From the IMG/VR virus record IMGVR_UViG_3300049489_000458: a stretch of DNA of 20,000 bases; one strand, 5' to 3'. The notes beneath the pieces are model-generated. The model was not told the DNA's origin. It did not search any database and worked only from the letters and a program-made list of their open reading frames with translations. The position numbers and the translations under genes are program-made. Origin of the DNA: an uncultured virus (IMG/VR IMGVR_UViG_3300049489_000458). Taxonomy: Duplodnaviria > Heunggongvirae > Uroviricota > Caudoviricetes. Every line of letters starts with the position of its first letter. Positions within the stretch are counted from its first letter, which is position 1. Positions 16,714-20,000 of this stretch are shown here, piece by piece.

Positions 16714-17615
16714 TTTACTTTTCCTACCTTAACAAGTCCGGTCATATCTTTACCCTCGGATTTACAATATTTCTTATAACAACATTCCTGACCATAAGCG
16801 TCACAAGCCGGACTTAAACAAGGAAACTCTCCTTGTTTGATATTATGCAACACATTATCGAATTCGTCAAATGTTTTCTCAATTAATTCTTCTGGTGGCT
16901 TACCCAGGATTATATTAGTTCTGGCCCTAGGTTCTTTCTTTCGAATCTTCTTCTCCATTACAAAGAATCCTGTAGCATCTAACTTATATTTATCTTTAAA
17001 AGCCTCATAATATAACGCAGTTTGCTTGCCATATTGCTCGGTAGATACCGCATCGGCAGGATACGCTTGAGCCGAGGTTTTATGGTCTATCAGAATGGTA
17101 CGTCCGTCTTCCCATTCGCAGACTAGATCGGCAAAACCATTAATTTCATCACCAGCATCATTAGGAATAGAGAAATATAACTGAGTGGCTATAACCTTTT
17201 TAATCCTTGGCAGGATATCTCTATGATACGCTTCAATCATTAGTTCACCTTTACGTTGAAGGGATGACCAGCTTTGAAATTGAAGGCTCTTATTAGCCAA
17301 ATCCTGACGTTCCTTATCAGTAAAGATGTCTAGGTCTAGGTCTGCCTTAGAGTACCTCACCAAGGGACTATTAGATAGGTTAATCGTGCTACCGTTAACT
17401 TGATATGTAATGAAGTTCTTTCTAAATACAGCTTGGGCTTCTTCAAGAGACGAACCTTTAAATAAAGCATCAAGTGCTGTTTCTATTAAAGATCCAAAGA
17501 ATAAAGGAGAGCCTAATTTAGCTTCACGAAGATATAAGAAATAGTGATAAAAGTATTTGCGAGGCGATAAAAGATACATCTCCTTGGCAGTATGCGATAG
17601 TTTTAATATACTCAC
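16710..17615 (-). CDS. PD-(D/E)XK exonuclease (RecB/Cas4-like)
   Basis: LS...Y...PR, FGS.I, GFADLV...LIDHKT, Q..LY, C-terminal Cys cluster; lies upstream of ERF. Confidence 0.85.
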   Translation of the reverse strand: MSILKLSHTAKEMYLLSPRKYFYHYFLYLREAKLGSPLFFGSLIETALDALFKGSSLEEAQAVFRKNFITYQVNGSTINLSNSPLVRYSKADLDLDIFTDKERQDLANKSLQFQSWSSLQRKGELMIEAYHRDILPRIKKVIATQLYFSIPNDAGDEINGFADLVCEWEDGRTILIDHKTSAQAYPADAVSTEQYGKQTALYYEAFKDKYKLDATGFFVMEKKIRKKEPRARTNIILGKPPEELIEKTFDEFDNVLHNIKQGEFPCLSPACDAYGQECCYKKYCKSEGKDMTGLVKVGKVK

Positions 17616-17989
17616 TTCTCCCCCTCAATCCTCGCGAGTGCTTCGTGGGCGAGAGCATAAGGAATGCTTTCATCTACAGCGAAGAAAGCGATCTCATCAA
17701 GCGCCTCCACCGCGACCGCGAGACTAGCCTCGGCCTTCTCAAGGCGGGTGTGTTCTACGACTTTGAAGTAGCGCCAATTTACGTCGAGTGCTCCATACTT
17801 TTCAGCGCGTTCCTTACTAACCATTACTGGCGGTCCTTTGTCTAAGTGAGATTCCATCGCCCACCACTCACGCACCGGCTCGGCTGGCTTGTGGTCAATG
17901 GTAGCATTCGCCGTGGTCGTAAATTGACAGCACAGTGGGCACACATACAAATGACTTGTCCATCCATGTATATAGCAACAGAAGCTCAT
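17612..17989 (-). CDS. Hypothetical protein in a GC-rich patch, with N-terminal Cys/His cluster
   Basis: CCYIHG...CPLC; GGGAGAG RBS; GTGA overlap with the next gene. Confidence 0.6.
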   Translation of the reverse strand: MSFCCYIHGWTSHLYVCPLCCQFTTTANATIDHKPAEPVREWWAMESHLDKGPPVMVSKERAEKYGALDVNWRYFKVVEHTRLEKAEASLAVAVEALDEIAFFAVDESIPYALAHEALARIEGEK

Positions 17990-18017
17990 CTCACACTCTC
18001 CCGGCCCGTGGGCCTAC

Positions 18018-18308
18018 TTACTCTTGCGCCGTAGATTTAACTACTCCATAGTTTCTATCTCTATCTTCAACAGTAAATGTACATCCTAGATGCATTAAAG
18101 CTCGTTTAGCCTGACGAAGTAAAACGATGTAATTCTTCATCTTACTACTCCCACCACTCACAACAGCTTTGCCATCGGGATTCACAATCTCAAACTTATA
18201 ATTCAACTTATCAATCACAATCCTGACATATTCACCACCAGCAGTACCATATGTTTGTCTGCTAATACCAATATGTCCATCAAAATCATATCTAATTCTC
18301 ATTCTCAT
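18018..18308 (-). CDS. Hypothetical protein
   Basis: AAGGAG RBS before ATG at 18308. Confidence 0.7.
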   Translation of the reverse strand: MRMRIRYDFDGHIGISRQTYGTAGGEYVRIVIDKLNYKFEIVNPDGKAVVSGGSSKMKNYIVLLRQAKRALMHLGCTFTVEDRDRNYGVVKSTAQE

Positions 18309-18328
18309 ATTCAACTCCTTATATATGA

Positions 18329-18357
18329 GTAATACTACACTCGGGATGTTTTGTCAA
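18329..18357 (-). promoter_or_regulatory. Possible sigma70-type promoter of the recombination operon
   Basis: TTGACA-N17-TATTAC in an intergenic gap, upstream of the RBS. Confidence 0.55.
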
Positions 18358-18362
18358 TGCTT

Positions 18363-18830
18363 TTATAACGAATATACCTTTACCTTAAAATCATGCGGAA
18401 ATACTTGTTCCAGGATTGGTTTCACGATATGCCAGCTTCCCCCGGCTAACCCACATCCTATCTTAGGTATAGCAATTTCATCTACTTTATAATGACGTTC
18501 ACATATCATCAATACTTGAACCATACAGGAATATAAAGCATCATAGCTTAAATATAACTGATCACCGTTACCATAATACTGTTGCGTAAAACAATTAATC
18601 ACAGTTTTGTCAGGACTAATATCTACAGGATTAATAGAACCTAGAAAGTTTTCACCTTCTGGTCCGGCGTTAAACTCGGTAAACCATCGGTAATAGTCTT
18701 CTTTAACTTCGGGCCATTTTGTATATAAAGCACGAGCTACCCCTGCTCCCATTACGCCCTGAGTATTAACTCCATGACAAACCACCCTACATCCTGAATC
18801 TATAATATCCCCATGTATCTCTTCAATCAT
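18363..18830 (-). CDS. Macrodomain protein (ADP-ribose binding/hydrolase, TARG1/DarG-like subgroup)
   Basis: GDI, HGVN..GVMGAGVARAL..KWP, INCFTQ, IAIPKIGCGLAGGSW; start MIEEIHGD via ATGA overlap. Confidence 0.9.
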   Translation of the reverse strand: MIEEIHGDIIDSGCRVVCHGVNTQGVMGAGVARALYTKWPEVKEDYYRWFTEFNAGPEGENFLGSINPVDISPDKTVINCFTQQYYGNGDQLYLSYDALYSCMVQVLMICERHYKVDEIAIPKIGCGLAGGSWHIVKPILEQVFPHDFKVKVYSL

Positions 18831-19009
18831 TCTACACCTAACGTTTGAACAGCCATAGACCATGTTATATCATCAGGATGTTTGCCTTTGTGTTGGCCCA
18901 TTGTAGCATCAACCCATACTTTCATTACACAAAAGTATAATATTTTTTTAGGCAATAGATCGACAACCCAATACCAAAACTTAACTTCTCTAGGACTCAT
19001 AATACTCAC
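18827..19009 (-). CDS. Hypothetical protein
   Basis: Coupled small ORF. Confidence 0.55.
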   Translation of the reverse strand: MSIMSPREVKFWYWVVDLLPKKILYFCVMKVWVDATMGQHKGKHPDDITWSMAVQTLGVE

Positions 19010-19190
19010 GCTTCAGCTCTTTATATAATACTCGCGGGTCACTATCAATCAATTCCTGAGTACCTAATTTCATTTCTCTAGTCTTAACATCTTTAATCTT
19101 TCTAGACTTATTCACAGTATGATATTGTCTAGGCATATCTGGATGATAACGAGATTCACGACGAAGACGTTTAGCAGTTTTAGTATTCAT
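18990..19190 (-). CDS. Small basic hypothetical protein
   Basis: GGAGAGGA RBS; K/R-rich, MN.K.AKRLRR...R.LYKELKR. Confidence 0.7.
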   Translation of the reverse strand: MNTKTAKRLRRESRYHPDMPRQYHTVNKSRKIKDVKTREMKLGTQELIDSDPRVLYKELKREYYES

Positions 19191-19215
19191 TATTTCTTCC
19201 TCTCCAGGATTTTTC

Positions 19216-19398
19216 TTATTTTGATTCCGACCACGACCCCGACCACGACCTCGACCCCGACCACGACCACGACCTCGACCCCGACCACGACCACGACCTC
19301 GACCCCGACCACGACCTCGACCTCGACCACGACCCCGACCCCGACCTCGACCACGACCCCGACCACGACCTAAGTTTTTGCTTATAAGACATTCTCAT
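19216..19398 (-). CDS. Low-complexity (Trp/Gly/Arg)-Ser dipeptide-repeat peptide
   Basis: ATG lies 1 nt after the stop of the Sm-like gene; 24 X-Ser dipeptides. Confidence 0.55.
   Translation of the reverse strand: MRMSYKQKLRSWSGSWSRSGSGSWSRSRSWSGSRSWSWSGSRSWSWSGSRSWSGSWSESK
19228..19371. repeat. 24 tandem hexamers CGACCH (minus strand DGGTCG), with one variable position
   Basis: Counted directly: CGACCA x10, CGACCC x7, CGACCT x7, never CGACCG; internal 24-bp higher-order period. Confidence 0.97.
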
Positions 19399-19399
19399 A

Positions 19400-19696
19400 T
19401 TACAAATCTTTCAATACACCAAATGATTCAATAGCGTCAACATTTACATAGAATTCTTTATTCAACTTCTGTGCATCTTTAAACTTAGATTCATTAAACG
19501 GACCAGTTTCATATACAAGGTGCGCGTTCTCAAGTTTAACACATGTCTTATTAACTCCAACTAATTTACCTGCATAAATATAGTTAGCACAAAATAGTGT
19601 AACAGTTTTACCTAGTAAGGACATAAGTCCTTCATTTTCAACGTCTTCAATCTTCTGATCAATCTTTACAATCTTTTCTTCAGTCAATACTTTCAT
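19400..19696 (-). CDS. Sm/LSm-fold protein
   Basis: L.SLLGKTVTL.....YAGKLVGVN...VKLENA (Sm1-like) and FYVN.DAIESF (Sm2-like); AAGGAG RBS before ATG at 19696. Confidence 0.7.
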   Translation of the reverse strand: MKVLTEEKIVKIDQKIEDVENEGLMSLLGKTVTLFCANYIYAGKLVGVNKTCVKLENAHLVYETGPFNESKFKDAQKLNKEFYVNVDAIESFGVLKDL

Positions 19697-19713
19697 ATAT
19701 TCTCCTTTTGTTA

Positions 19714-19989
19714 TTAACAATTACCAATCATATTAGGTTGCATAGTCTTCTTCTCAATAAATTCAACTTTAGCAGATTCTTTATATTCAGTCAAGTCAAT
19801 ATACTCTTCCTCCGTTAATTCTAATCCAAACATCAATCCCCATTTATATGCAGTAATACAGTCATTAGCAACTTGTCCAGTCAAAGTCAGGTCCAACTCA
19901 GGATAGTTATCTATCGTCATTCGTGGGCCATCCTGGGGAGTTTTAACACCAAGCCAGAAATACCATTCAGCCGCGCCTAAGTATTCCAT
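19714..19989 (-). CDS. Hypothetical protein
   Basis: ORF in operon orientation; start is near the window edge. Confidence 0.55.
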   Translation of the reverse strand: MEYLGAAEWYFWLGVKTPQDGPRMTIDNYPELDLTLTGQVANDCITAYKWGLMFGLELTEEEYIDLTEYKESAKVEFIEKKTMQPNMIGNC

Positions 19990-20000
19990 TAGAAAAACCT

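Noticed and set aside
16710..17615. cas4 as evidence of a CRISPR system
   Set aside because: Its position beside ERF indicates a phage recombination exonuclease. The N-terminal Fe-S cysteine position reads SPR, and no cas1 or array is present.
3115..18034. Plus-strand ORFs (3115, 5979, 8198, 8487, 11717, 13884, 14941, 15311, 15444, 16148, 16403, 17645, 17846)
   Set aside because: They are antisense shadows of well-supported minus-strand genes and show no recognisable motifs.
19228..19371. CRISPR array or DGR variable region
   Set aside because: The units are 6 bp with no spacers; there is no template/variable repeat pair, reverse transcriptase or cas operon in the window.
19119..19373. Plus-strand Pro/Thr/Ser-rich ORF resembling a mucin-like linker
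   Set aside because: It is the antisense reading of the hexamer repeat, opposes the uniform minus-strand operon, and has no clear RBS.
1..20000. Stop-codon reassignment, tRNA or rRNA genes
   Set aside because: Long conserved genes are intact in the standard code, TAA, TGA and TAG all end genes, and the intergenic gaps are too short and show no cloverleaf.

Overview
AT-rich, gene-dense segment of a tailed dsDNA bacteriophage genome (standard genetic code). All credible genes are on the minus strand and many are coupled by ATGA overlaps. In transcription order (right to left) it has: (1) small accessory genes, including an Sm/LSm-fold protein immediately followed by a GC-rich 24x hexamer repeat ORF, and a macrodomain; (2) a recombination module with a PD-(D/E)XK exonuclease, an ERF annealase and an SSB candidate, ending in an intrinsic terminator; (3) a sigma70-type promoter driving an AEP primase-SF4 helicase, a family B DNA polymerase and a metallophosphoesterase; (4) a nucleotide metabolism cluster (DUF5664-like protein, class II ribonucleotide reductase, HAD protein, ThyX, dUTPase) that carries several homing-type endonucleases. 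The most unusual items are the Sm-like gene plus hexamer repeat module, which has a hidden stop-free (Gly-Arg)24 frame; an in-frame HNH endonuclease-dUTPase fusion; a displaced duplicate of the nrdJ C-terminus marking an endonuclease insertion; and a primase-helicase with substituted catalytic motifs. All family assignments come from motif recognition by eye, not from database searches.
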